From a virus (Duplodnaviria > Heunggongvirae > Uroviricota > Caudoviricetes), in IMG/VR virus record IMGVR_UViG_3300015610_000614, positions 1 to 35,693 of that record: DNA of 35,693 bases; one strand, given 5' to 3'. Positions 1 through 8,050 of this stretch are shown one piece after another; the first letter of the stretch is position 1; every line of letters begins with the position of its first letter. The notes below the pieces were generated by a model. The model was given only the letters and a program-made list of their open reading frames with translations. It did not search any database and had not been told where the DNA came from. The translations under genes were made by a program, and so were the position numbers.

Positions 1-56
1 ATTTGGAAATGGGGAATTTTTCAAGTATAAAATTTTATATCCACAATAGTAATACT

Positions 57-134
57 TGGTTCCGCCGCTAGGAATCGAACCCAGACGTCATGCTCTTCAG
101 GCACGCGTGCTCTACCAATTTACACCACAACGGA
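57..134 (-). tRNA. tRNA-Phe(GAA)
   Basis: Cloverleaf on minus strand; anticodon loop CTGAAGA, T-loop TTCGATT, encoded CCA. Confidence 0.92.
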
Positions 135-169
135 ATAGAGGGAGTCTAAGCCATCATCTCCCAGGGACC

Positions 170-703
170 TCAAATAACGTCTTTATCACGAAAGATTTCT
201 AGACAGCGTAGATAATCTTTATGAGTAAAACCAAACTCAGCATCAGTATGTACAAAATTGCAGCTTTGATGCTCTAGCATATCGGAATCATCATCAATGA
301 TTACGTAGTCATAAAACTCGCCGCCGTACTTATTGAGCCAGTACTCAATTTCAACACCACGTTTGCCATTGATTACTGGAGTTCGATCAATAACATGACC
401 TGTTAGACCAAATGCTTCCATGTACGTCTGCATTTTATACAAATTAGATACATGCTTACGATGCGTAGAACTAACTACGATTTTAGCCCTAGTAATGTCG
501 GTTAGACGATTAATAAGTGCTACAGCAATAGGATCAATGTAGTTAGTTACCTGATGCTCGTAGGCACTAATGATTTCAGCATCATGACTAAATACGCGAC
601 GATAGCCTTCTTCAGAAATTTTACGGGCCGCAGGCCCTAGAGCATAGGTGCTACGCGTAGAATTAAGAACGCCATCAACATCTAGAAAAATATACTTATT
701 CAT
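170..703 (-). CDS. HAD-family phosphatase, HAD_SAK_2 (RNA-repair associated) type
   Basis: FLDVDGVLNS, IVVSSTHR, YVIIDDDSDM and FVHTD..GFT motifs. Confidence 0.85.
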   Translation of the reverse strand: MNKYIFLDVDGVLNSTRSTYALGPAARKISEEGYRRVFSHDAEIISAYEHQVTNYIDPIAVALINRLTDITRAKIVVSSTHRKHVSNLYKMQTYMEAFGLTGHVIDRTPVINGKRGVEIEYWLNKYGGEFYDYVIIDDDSDMLEHQSCNFVHTDAEFGFTHKDYLRCLEIFRDKDVI

Positions 704-1023
704 TTGCGAGTGCAGTCATCGAACATAGGTTCGCCATTGCCATAGGTAATCTTACCGTCGTGCTTCTCAGGAACGTAATCTTCCCACCAGCCCTCGATAC
801 CGTCTGAGTAAGAATCACCGTCTTCTTCCAGTTCTTCCAGTTCTTCTTCGCTAATATCGTCAGTCAGAGGATAAACACCGTACGACTCAGCATGTTCAAC
901 ACCAAACTGCCACGCTTCGTCACTCAGCTCTTCGTCGGTAACATCATCATCAAAGATGAAGCCCTGAGCAGTATCCGTACCGGAAAAACCAGCGTGAGCA
1001 AAAAACACAACCTTGCGAGCCAT
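700..1023 (-). CDS. acidic hypothetical phage protein
   Basis: 107 aa, D/E-rich, promoter and RBS upstream, overlaps next start. Confidence 0.75.
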   Translation of the reverse strand: MARKVVFFAHAGFSGTDTAQGFIFDDDVTDEELSDEAWQFGVEHAESYGVYPLTDDISEEELEELEEDGDSYSDGIEGWWEDYVPEKHDGKITYGNGEPMFDDCTRK

Positions 1024-1075
1024 TTCAATTTCCTATCAACTTAAAGAATAATTATAAAGCGTTTGAGCAGGTATA

Positions 1076-1390
1076 TCAAGCTAAAAATTTCGCAGCTTTA
1101 GGTTTTGCTAATTCCACATCTATTTCACAGTAGTGTTCATTAATTTTAGTAGCAAAAGGAAGAATACCGCTAGAACGATATGCCCTTACTATTTTTATTC
1201 CTTTTGATTCAATATAGTGTGCAAAATCACGAAGAGCTTGACGAGAAAACTTCCCAGTCAAGCCCTTAACCCAAACTACTGTTGGGGATTCCCATAATAG
1301 GGTACATTGAGCAGAGTATTTAGCATATGGATCGTCCGTATCATTATCATAAAATCTTAGTAACGATACTACAGGTTCTTCTCTTACCAT
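1076..1390 (-). CDS. hypothetical protein
   Basis: 104 aa ORF with RBS, same strand as neighbours. Confidence 0.7.
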   Translation of the reverse strand: MVREEPVVSLLRFYDNDTDDPYAKYSAQCTLLWESPTVVWVKGLTGKFSRQALRDFAHYIESKGIKIVRAYRSSGILPFATKINEHYCEIDVELAKPKAAKFLA

Positions 1391-1404
1391 AATACTCTAC
1401 CTCA

Positions 1405-1481
1405 TGGAGCGTATGAAGGGATTCGAACCCTCGTCCTCTGGATGGCAACCAGAAATAATTACCAGGCTATACTACACACGC
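1405..1481 (-). tRNA. tRNA-Gly(GCC)
   Basis: TCTGG-TTGCCAT-CCAGA arm, TTCGAAT, CCA. Confidence 0.92.
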
Positions 1482-1576
1482 AATAATTTCACAATGTAAG
1501 AAACCATATTCATCACGATAGAATCGTAATAGTTCCTTACTTCTAGTTTTTAGTCTAATTAACTTATTCATATATT

Positions 1577-1650
1577 TGGGTTAGCTCCGGGAATCGAACC
1601 CTGTTCTGTTGTTTCACAGACAACGACATTACCAATATGCTAAAGCTAAC
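1577..1650 (-). tRNA. tRNA-His(GTG)
   Basis: GTTGT-CTGTGAA-ACAAC arm, TTCGATT, CCA. Confidence 0.9.
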
Positions 1651-1653
1651 ATT

Positions 1654-1730
1654 TTAATTAGGTATATACTTATTATTCTTTCTAGCATTATCTGACTTAG
1701 TCAGATACTGTAAGTTTTCTGGTACATGTA
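1654..1730 (-). pseudogene. HNH endonuclease C-terminal remnant
   Basis: Reads LHVPENLQYLTKSDNARKNNKY, matching the end of the 11953..12567 HNH; no start. Confidence 0.8.
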
Positions 1731-1752
1731 ATCAAGTTAATATTTGGTATAC

Positions 1753-2157
1753 CTAAAATGGTATATCGTCGTCCCATGAATCATCTACGTGTTTAGCAGC
1801 AAACTCGTGTCCGTGATGCTTATCAAATACTTTGCCAAACACGTTATCTATACTATAGAAACTAGCGGGTTTTTTAGGTACTAAATCAGGATTAATATCC
1901 GTAGATTTATGCAGTTTAGGATCGTACTCTCCATCAGCCTCAGTTGATTTAGCTTCGGCTTTCTTTTTATACTTAGACTTAATAGCATCTACGATTAGAT
2001 CGTAGGAAAACTTCATATCAGTATTACCGACACACCAGATAATATAATCTGGATAGTTTTCCATAACCCAATGCCATGTATTACCTGAGTGTTTTCCAAA
2101 GGTAACACGATCCATACTATCTATGTCTTTTTTAATGTTACCAAAAGATGTTGCCAT
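1753..2157 (-). CDS. ExoX-C-terminal/DUF3820-like protein with SSB-like C-terminal tip
   Basis: DRVTFGKHSG...W...YPDYIIW motif; ends WDDDIPF. Confidence 0.7.
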   Translation of the reverse strand: MATSFGNIKKDIDSMDRVTFGKHSGNTWHWVMENYPDYIIWCVGNTDMKFSYDLIVDAIKSKYKKKAEAKSTEADGEYDPKLHKSTDINPDLVPKKPASFYSIDNVFGKVFDKHHGHEFAAKHVDDSWDDDIPF

Positions 2158-2266
2158 TTATATCCTTTACCATATATCAACGCCCTAGCGTCTCTATCAA
2201 CCCCACGGAATCTTTACGTATAGGGAATCGCCCCGACATCCTTTTATTAGCTAGGACGCTGATATA

Positions 2267-2343
2267 TGGTACCACTGACAGGACTCAAACCTGTAAATCT
2301 TTCCGTTCGTAGCGGAGTGCTGTATTCATTTAGCTACAGTGGT
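2267..2343 (-). tRNA. tRNA-Arg(ACG)
   Basis: TCCG-CTACGAA-CGGA arm; T-loop TTTGAGT; CCA. Confidence 0.88.
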
Positions 2344-2346
2344 ATT

Positions 2347-2423
2347 TGGTAGTGAGAGTGGGAGTCGAACCCACGATAGGTGGCTTATGAAACCACTGCC
2401 TTAAGCCTCTTAGCTATCTCACC
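2347..2423 (-). tRNA. tRNA with CAT anticodon (elongator Met or lysidine Ile2)
   Basis: GTGGT-TTCATAA-GCCAC arm, TTCGACT, CCA; identity not resolvable by eye. Confidence 0.85.
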
Positions 2424-2463
2424 AAAATTTAAAAGTATCAACTACATTTTATTTAATTATATT

Positions 2464-2538
2464 TGGTACACCTTGACGGTTTCGAACCGCCGACCCTCTC
2501 TGTGTAAAAGAGACGCTCTACCCCTGAGCTAAAGGTGC
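2464..2538 (-). tRNA. tRNA-Val(TAC)
   Basis: TCTCT-TTTACAC-AGAGA arm, TTCGAAA, CCA. Confidence 0.92.
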
Positions 2539-2630
2539 TTATTTTATTTTACATCCGAGAGATTGAGCCTCTACAACTGTCTGCTCTAGCGTACCAGTAT
2601 GTAGACTGCGGTACGCTACTACGTAAGTGT

Positions 2631-2870
2631 TCATTGGCACTTGATACCTTGGCCATTTTCGTCTAGAACTTGACGCGCTTGGCCTTGCTCGCCGACTACA
2701 TGCTTATATCCAGCAATGCAACGAGTTTCAGTAAGGCCATTTACACCATATGAGAAATCGTTATTCCTAGGAGCTGCGGCTACTAGTATGACCATTGCCA
2801 CAACAGCAATTAGCATAATAAGTTCAGTAACAGTGAAGCCCTTGTTAGCGCGTTTCATATTCTTTCTCAA
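2631..2870 (-). CDS. small protein with type IV prepilin N-terminal cleavage/methylation motif
   Basis: KG|FTVTELIMLIAVVAMVILVAA followed by a short Cys-pair domain. Confidence 0.75.
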   Translation of the reverse strand: MRKNMKRANKGFTVTELIMLIAVVAMVILVAAAPRNNDFSYGVNGLTETRCIAGYKHVVGEQGQARQVLDENGQGIKCQ

Positions 2871-3011
2871 TTGATTTAAAAATTTATTTTACAGGTAAAT
2901 CAGTACAAATTCAAGCTAGAAAATTTGGAAGTCCAGGTCAGGCTCGAATTGATGTATTTCCGCTTCAGGAGGAGGTCTAGACATCCTACCCGGCACCGAT
3001 GCTCAGCAGTT

Positions 3012-3085
3012 TGGAGACCCTAATTGGATTTTAACCAATCTAGCGGAGGTTGCAGTTCCGAGCCTAGTCACTCGGCCATAGGGTC
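3012..3085 (-). tRNA. tRNA-Cys(GCA)
   Basis: Loop CTGCAAC, acceptor GACCCTA/TAGGGTC, U discriminator, atypical T-loop TTAAAAT. Confidence 0.85.
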
Positions 3086-3208
3086 ATATTTGTTTGATTT
3101 TCTTATATTATCTTCTGCCGATAAGTATTGTAAGTTTTCTATAACATGTAGTCCAGAAACTAAAGTACCCCGTAACGGTATAATATGATCTACATGGTAA
3201 CCATATGG
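3068..3208 (-). pseudogene. HNH endonuclease remnant
   Basis: [41 protein letters not shown]; in-frame TGA just upstream; stop lies inside tRNA-Cys. Confidence 0.85.
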
Positions 3209-3260
3209 TCAGGTACTTCGTCTAGTACGGCGATATACAATTTTAGCGATTTAGGATCGT

Positions 3261-3446
3261 TCATGATAGGTATGACTTCAGTTTAGCAACAGTTAAGGTT
3301 TTTGGAATATCTGTATTAGTTAGTATAGATAAATACTCCCTTTCAATACGTTCCATATGGGCCTCTACATCTACTCCTTGAACAATTAGCCTATTCCGCA
3401 GTAAACGTCGTTCGTACTCTTTGTATAACTCTAGTTTAGTTTTCAT
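3261..3446 (-). CDS. hypothetical protein
   Basis: 61 aa, TAATG coupling to upstream ORF. Confidence 0.65.
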   Translation of the reverse strand: MKTKLELYKEYERRLLRNRLIVQGVDVEAHMERIEREYLSILTNTDIPKTLTVAKLKSYLS

Positions 3447-3577
3447 TAGTGCAACTTAATTACTTTAATCAGGATATACACAGGAATAATAAAAAATAGA
3501 GCAATTAGCACTCGGAAGCCTGTATTGATAATAATATCTTCAATATCAAACCAAAACTGACGCAGGCTTTTCCACAT
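3446..3577 (-). CDS. small membrane protein
   Basis: 43 aa (MWKSLRQF...LIALFFIIPVYILIKVIKLH) translated by hand; RBS GAGGA and promoter at 3604-3632. Confidence 0.6.
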   Translation of the reverse strand: MWKSLRQFWFDIEDIIINTGFRVLIALFFIIPVYILIKVIKLH

Positions 3578-3760
3578 AATTTAATCCTCGATTTAAAGAT
3601 TAAATTATACAGCCTTAAGTAAGGTTAAGCAAGCCTGAAAAAGCGAAGCCCAGGATATTCAGTCCCGGGCTTTCGCAGTGCTTGCAGGCACACCAGTTTT
3701 GTCAGAACCCGTTTGGGAATGCGCTACTGCAATAGCGTCTGTTTTGTGATGGATTTTAAT

Positions 3761-3837
3761 TGGTTGCGGAGGGTGGATTTGAACCACCGATCTCGGACTT
3801 ATGAGGACCGCGGGATGCCTGACTTCCCTACTCCGCT
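3761..3837 (-). tRNA. initiator-type tRNA-fMet(CAT)
   Basis: 1:72 mismatch, CTCATAA loop, TTCAAAT T-loop, CCA. Confidence 0.85.
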
Positions 3838-4100
3838 ATTTCATATTTATTACTTTTAGTAATATTATCTTTAGCTGTCAAATACTGTAAATTATTTAGT
3901 ACATGCAGACCACTAACTAGCTCACCTTGCAGAGGTATTATATGATCTACGTGGTATCCTAAAGGACAGTTACTGTAGAATAAAGATATTTTATCTAGTT
4001 CTGTCCACGGTACTACGCGCAATAAACTAGCCGCTTTATACTTAGCCTGTCTTTTAGGCTGTGTTTCTTTTCTGCAGGAATATCGGAAATTGAACTAGCG
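3828..4100 (-). pseudogene. HNH endonuclease remnant (track ORF 3828..4022 is its C-terminal part)
   Basis: ...[45 protein letters not shown]; frame extends upstream to a TAG with no start; stop inside tRNA-fMet. Confidence 0.8.
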
Positions 4101-4133
4101 TATTTGTCGGCGTACATAGTATTTAAGTAAATT

Positions 4134-4210
4134 TGGCTACCCGGGAAGGACTCGAACCTTCAACCTTTGATTTTGGAGATCACTGCTACTGCCAATTGAG
4201 CTACCGAGTA
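4134..4210 (-). tRNA. tRNA-Trp(CCA)
   Basis: Loop CTCCAAA, TTCGAGT, G discriminator, CCA. Confidence 0.9.
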
Positions 4211-4213
4211 ATA

Positions 4214-4408
4214 TTATTTTGTAAAGTAATTAATCAGCGTACCTATTTTGTCAGCATAGGCACCTATAACAAGTAACATACCTACAGCAAACACTGTTCC
4301 AGCAGCAATCACTTTACTAGTCGCCGCTGTACTAGAAATGTTCAGTGTAATAATTTCTAGAGTAAGTATCTTTAGTTTGAATTCGTAAGTAGTATTTTCA
4401 GTTGTCAT
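4214..4408 (-). CDS. small membrane protein
   Basis: 64 aa with hydrophobic C-terminal segment. Confidence 0.6.
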   Translation of the reverse strand: MTTENTTYEFKLKILTLEIITLNISSTAATSKVIAAGTVFAVGMLLVIGAYADKIGTLINYFTK

Positions 4409-4415
4409 AATACTA

Positions 4416-4499
4416 TGGAGGAAGATAACTGAATCGAACAGTCACCGTTTCCAATGGCAGGGATTTCAAGTCCCCTTTGCTCCCAGAGCGCTATCTTCC
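4416..4499 (-). tRNA. tRNA-Ser(TGA)
   Basis: Loop CTTGAAA, long variable arm, CCA. Confidence 0.88.
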
Positions 4500-4521
4500 T
4501 TAAAATCTATTACACTATTAA

Positions 4522-4611
4522 TGGTGGTAGGACAAGGATTCGAACCTTGGCAGCTATCTCTAACTGGCTACTGTTTAGCAAACAGGCACATTTCCACTCT
4601 GTCAGCCTACC
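4522..4611 (-). tRNA. tRNA-Ser(GCT)
   Basis: Loop TTGCTAA, long variable arm, CCA. Confidence 0.9.
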
Positions 4612-4694
4612 AATATGTCAGTTTCGTGGATAAATAATCTATATCCCCGAAACTTGGAGTCGAACCAAGAAGTAAGTATTATTATCAACAATAG
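4612..4694 (-). ncRNA. Y RNA (YrlA-like) element A, truncated
   Basis: 5' TGTTGA...TTACTTC then T-arm CTTGG-TTCGACT-CCAAG and long hairpin; 3' GTTAC strand missing. Confidence 0.5.
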
Positions 4695-4706
4695 TTTTAA
4701 AATATG

Positions 4707-4803
4707 ACCGAGAACTACTAAAACGAGTGCCGACTCGAACGGCTAAGTTTTCTTTTTGAGAGAAATTATCAACCAATGATGTAATCGTTTTAATCACTAC
4801 GGT
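4707..4803 (-). ncRNA. Y RNA (YrlA-like) element B
   Basis: ACCG-TAGTG...TAAAACGA-TTACATC...GCCG-TTCGAGT-CGGC...TCGTTTTA...TTCT-CGGT. Confidence 0.65.
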
Positions 4804-4813
4804 GTATTTAATA

Positions 4814-4898
4814 ACCTGTAACATGCAAAACACTGACTGCCTTTCGGCAAATGGTTAGAATTAAGAGTTCTAGAAGTAAGTGTTTTTATCAACAAGGT
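4814..4898 (-). ncRNA. Y RNA (YrlA-like) element C
   Basis: ACCT-TGTTG...AAAACAC-TTACTTC...GTGTTTT...GTTAC-AGGT; internal TGCC-GAAA-GGCA hairpin. Confidence 0.7.
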
Positions 4899-4907
4899 TT
4901 GAGAATA

Positions 4908-4974
4908 TACTGTAACAAGTATAGCAGCACGTTTTTACACCGAAAGTAGAAGTATCTGCTAAAAACAACAAGTA
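4908..4974 (-). ncRNA. Y RNA (YrlA-like) element D, minimal
   Basis: TACT-TGTTG...TAGCAG-ATACTTC...CTGCTA...GTTAC-AGTA inside a perfect 15-bp stem (4896-4910/4972-4986). Confidence 0.65.
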
Positions 4975-4989
4975 TATTCTCAAACCCTC

Positions 4990-5680
4990 GTCAGGATAAG
5001 AGGCACCAGATTACCGCAAGCATACGAAGCGTTACGGAAGTCGACTGACTACGAACATTCGATTGGCCTAATCGAATGGGTACTGGATTTTTACATCGTT
5101 TTGCCGAGGACTGACTCACTCGTTAAGCCGGGCGATTTAGCCGGTTACTCCACGATTTTTACCGAAATTATTGCCGCGTTTAGGCCTCAGTTTTGTAGCA
5201 CCTAGAGTGGTTTCCTGCTCGAAGATGCATCTGGCTTCGGAATAAAATAACACCACTGCCTATAATATATCGAAGGACTCGCTTCCTATAAGCTAACTCT
5301 GACTGGTTACATGGATTGACTATGCTTTAAATACTTGTCCAATTGCATAGTTTCGTGTGGATTTATATTGCGGTTTCGTTTAGCTTGCTCACCGATATTA
5401 CTCGATAGGGTATCTCTCCCTATTATCTATGATGGTACGCTACGCAACTAAGTTTCTATGTTTTACATCCCCGAAACTATAAGATGTTGCCCCTAACTCA
5501 TCTCGACTGGCTACGCACATACCGGACGTTGGCACCCGGTAACGGTATAGGGTTCCTAGATTATAGCTCTAGGCCGCATTGACAGTACCCTTCGACTGGC
5601 TGACTACAGTTCATATAAGCAGGGATTTACACGGTAGCTAATTGACGGTGGTAGCAATTAAGCCTCTGCCGAGGCACCGC
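4990..5680 (-). ncRNA. putative large structured ncRNA downstream of Ro60
   Basis: About 690 nt without an ORF in the track; long-range helices 5072-5085/5583-5595 and 5347-5355/5472-5480; motif GTAG(T/C)CAGTCGA three times. Confidence 0.55.
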
Positions 5681-5686
5681 ACATTC

Positions 5687-7012
5687 TTAAATAGAGAATT
5701 CCTTCTCTAGAGCTTGAATGTAATCAATAGATGCTTCGGAGAAGCCGGTGATGGTTTCCCACTCACCGCTATTGATACCGTTTTGGTATGTACCTACATT
5801 TAGGAAGTAGCCCTTATCGCCACCGTAAGCCTTAGGACCGCGAACACGATCATGCGATTGTTCATCAGTGATGACAATAATACGATCAGATTTGCTATCA
5901 GCAAACTGGCTTAGCGACTCGCCTAGCCTAGTACCAGTACAGTGTTGGCTGTTCTTAATAGCATCGGCTAGAGCGAACCCTCGATGGGCAGGGATACGTA
6001 GTGCGTGACCACTGAAGCTGTAGATTTCTACTTCTTCGCAGATTTCACGGCAAAGCATACCAAGTGCTAGAATAGCATCCTGACGGGTTAGGTCAGACTT
6101 TGCACTTACAGGAACACCGAAAGTGCTGCTAGACACGTCTAGGTAGAGCTTAGTCTTACCAGGAAGCTTTTCACAAGTTGCAAGCGAGCGAATCATCATG
6201 TCTTCTAGCATATCCTCAAACTGAGGAACGATACGAGCTGCTGCAATGTAGCGGAAAGGAAGAACACGCGAAGCATCCACTTCCTTTGCGTATGCACGAA
6301 TCATAGATTCGTCAATACCGGCCTGTACCATATTACGAAGATTACGAAGGAAAGCAAGAGCACCAAGCTTACGTTCCGCCATTAGACGCTCAAACGTTTC
6401 CTTCTTATCAGCGCCCGCAGATAGCTGGGTTTCCCAAGTATCAGGAGTCTTCAGTTGCTGATTTGCTACTTTACGGAAAAGTTCTGCCTGCTCAACAGAG
6501 GTAGGCTTAACGTGAGTTAGGAACATAACATCACGGATACGAATAGCAGCAGAGTTACGGTCGTACTTTGCAAGTTGGTATTCGTTGAACTTACCGAAGG
6601 CCTTAGCTAGACCCTTCTTTACCTGGTTGCTGATAGGGGTCTTACCCTCAGACCAGTATAGAGATAGGAAGTCACCCATCTCGTCCGCACGCTGAATAAC
6701 GCTATTAAGCGTATCAGCGGTAAGCGCTGACTTACGAGCAAGCTCGCGAGCAAGCACTAGCGGAATATGACGCAGCTTAAACTTGCTACGTGCAGCGATC
6801 GCTAGGTTTTGCACAAACTTAGGATCGACCTTTGCAACCAGTTCCTTCACCAGTTGATGCGTGGTCTTGCCATCGACATAGAACTGATCTTGGAACAGTA
6901 GATTAGCTAGTACAAGGCGTACTAGTTGTTGTTCTTGAGGAATGCTACGAACAGCAGTACCGGCTGCATTAACAGTCATAGGAGCGGATACGCGACGATT
7001 GAAGCTACTCAC
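5687..7012 (-). CDS. rsr: Ro60/TROVE-domain ribonucleoprotein with C-terminal vWA domain
   Basis: FQDQFYVDG, KFNEYQLAKYDR, TPDTWETQLS, LGALAFLRNLRNM, RVLPFRYIAA, YLDVSSST (MIDAS-like), IIVITDEQS. Confidence 0.95.
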   Translation of the reverse strand: MSSFNRRVSAPMTVNAAGTAVRSIPQEQQLVRLVLANLLFQDQFYVDGKTTHQLVKELVAKVDPKFVQNLAIAARSKFKLRHIPLVLARELARKSALTADTLNSVIQRADEMGDFLSLYWSEGKTPISNQVKKGLAKAFGKFNEYQLAKYDRNSAAIRIRDVMFLTHVKPTSVEQAELFRKVANQQLKTPDTWETQLSAGADKKETFERLMAERKLGALAFLRNLRNMVQAGIDESMIRAYAKEVDASRVLPFRYIAAARIVPQFEDMLEDMMIRSLATCEKLPGKTKLYLDVSSSTFGVPVSAKSDLTRQDAILALGMLCREICEEVEIYSFSGHALRIPAHRGFALADAIKNSQHCTGTRLGESLSQFADSKSDRIIVITDEQSHDRVRGPKAYGGDKGYFLNVGTYQNGINSGEWETITGFSEASIDYIQALEKEFSI

Positions 7013-7059
7013 GATTTATTTCCTTTTTGATTAATTTAAGAATATATTATATAGTTAAA

Positions 7060-7188
7060 ACAGGTAACAAACAAGACAGAATTTTTAGCGCTCTATCCGC
7101 TGAGCTACCTTGGCTTTCGGCCTCGGGATGGATTCGAACCATCGACCTCTCCATTAGCAGTGGAAGTAACTGTCTTAATCAACACTGT
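7060..7188 (-). ncRNA. Y RNA (YrlA-like) element E, complete permuted tRNA-like domain
   Basis: ACAG-TGTTG..AAGACAG-TTACTTC; T-arm GATGG-TTCGAAT-CCCATC; acceptor stem closed by GAAA loop; D-arm GCTC-AGCGGATA-GAGC; CTGTCTT..GTTAC-CTGT. Confidence 0.85.
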
Positions 7189-7201
7189 TTATAAAATATT
7201 T

Positions 7202-7332
7202 GCCGAGAATAAGTTAAATAGGCTTGTTTGAGACTACTATCTTACCATTAGATGACACTTAAAGTAAGTGCTAGGAATCGAACCTAGATTCGCAGTTTTG
7301 GTTTAAAGAAGTAACTATTTATGCACTACGGC
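7202..7332 (-). ncRNA. Y RNA (YrlA-like) element F, complete permuted tRNA-like domain
   Basis: GCCG-TAGTG..AAATAG-TTACTTC; T-arm CTAGG-TTCGATT-CCTAG; closed acceptor CACTTA/TAAGTG; D-arm ATCT-AATGGTA-AGAT; CTATTT..TTCT-CGGC. Confidence 0.85.
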
Positions 7333-7436
7333 GAATTATTGGAAGCGACGTATACCTAACGATCACTAGGATCGACCAAGACTTCCTTTGATATACGTTA
7401 TTACTGTGTTCTTGTCACACGCGATCACAAACTTAA

Positions 7437-7553
7437 AGTCGGTAACGGTTAAAACTGGTAATTGCACCCATGCCCACTTGTGCACGACGGAATCGAACCG
7501 TCTAGGTTTTTTATTGCCGAAAAATAGAAGTAACAGTTTAGATCAACACGACT
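7437..7553 (-). ncRNA. Y RNA (YrlA-like) element G
   Basis: AGTCG-TGTTG..AAACTG-TTACTTC; T-arm GACGG-TTCGATT-CCGTC; CAGTTT..GTTAC-CGACT. Confidence 0.8.
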
Positions 7554-7772
7554 AATGTTAGAAAACATAATTCTCTAACATTAGCCTATGCGCATAGGCT
7601 AACGGGTCCGATGGGCAACCAGCCCAGGTGTACGTGCTCGGCATTCCAACTTACACACGTTTTATTTTTAACAAAAAGCTGCTGAGAATAACCGTGACAG
7701 TTATCTGGTCTTACTTTTAACGAGGCAGGACTAGTAATTCTCGTTGTCACTATTGTTTGCGATATATGACAC

Positions 7773-7858
7773 ACCGCGAATAATTTAGTGGTTACTTTAT
7801 AATAGAAGTAACTGATCTTAACAGAAAGTATTTAACTTTCTGCTACTCTCACTACAGT
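7773..7858 (-). ncRNA. Y RNA (YrlA-like) element H, degenerate
   Basis: ACTG-TAGTG...GTTACTTC...ATTCG-CGGT with inserted hairpin; no T-arm. Confidence 0.45.
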
Positions 7859-7972
7859 AGCTTTTAGTTTAAATAAAAACTAGCACGTAAGTTCCATGGA
7901 GCAGGATTTAACCAGAAAGGAGACATTTTACGTGAAAGGCCTGATAGGACCTATCCTTACGTGCTAGTATAT

Positions 7973-8048
7973 TGGTGGAACCCGATGGACTCGAACCATC
8001 AACGCACCGCTTAAGAGGCGGGCCTTTAGCCAGTTAAGTTAAGGTTCC
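7973..8048 (-). tRNA. tRNA-Lys(CTT)
   Basis: CCGC-CTCTTAA-GCGG arm, TTCGAGT, CCA. Confidence 0.9.
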
Positions 8049-8050
8049 AG

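Noticed and set aside
2926-3010. tRNA ending ...GACTTCCA
   Set aside because: Has a CCA end and TTCGAG but no matching 5' acceptor strand or credible arms; at most a decayed fragment
4612-4974. CRISPR-like or simple tandem repeat reading of the AGAAGTAA elements
   Set aside because: Conservation is structural (covarying stems, T-loops), not an identical repeat unit
4990-5680. tmRNA or RNase P RNA
   Set aside because: No alanyl acceptor/T-arm/CCA end and no GAGGAAAGUCC signature
4639-7774. Minus-strand ORFs 4639..4833 and 7586..7774
   Set aside because: Overlap Y RNA-like elements or hairpins; no RBS; non-ATG or weak starts
7920-7960. Hammerhead ribozyme (GAAA/CTGATAG-like words)
   Set aside because: Core elements are not in the required order with pairable stems
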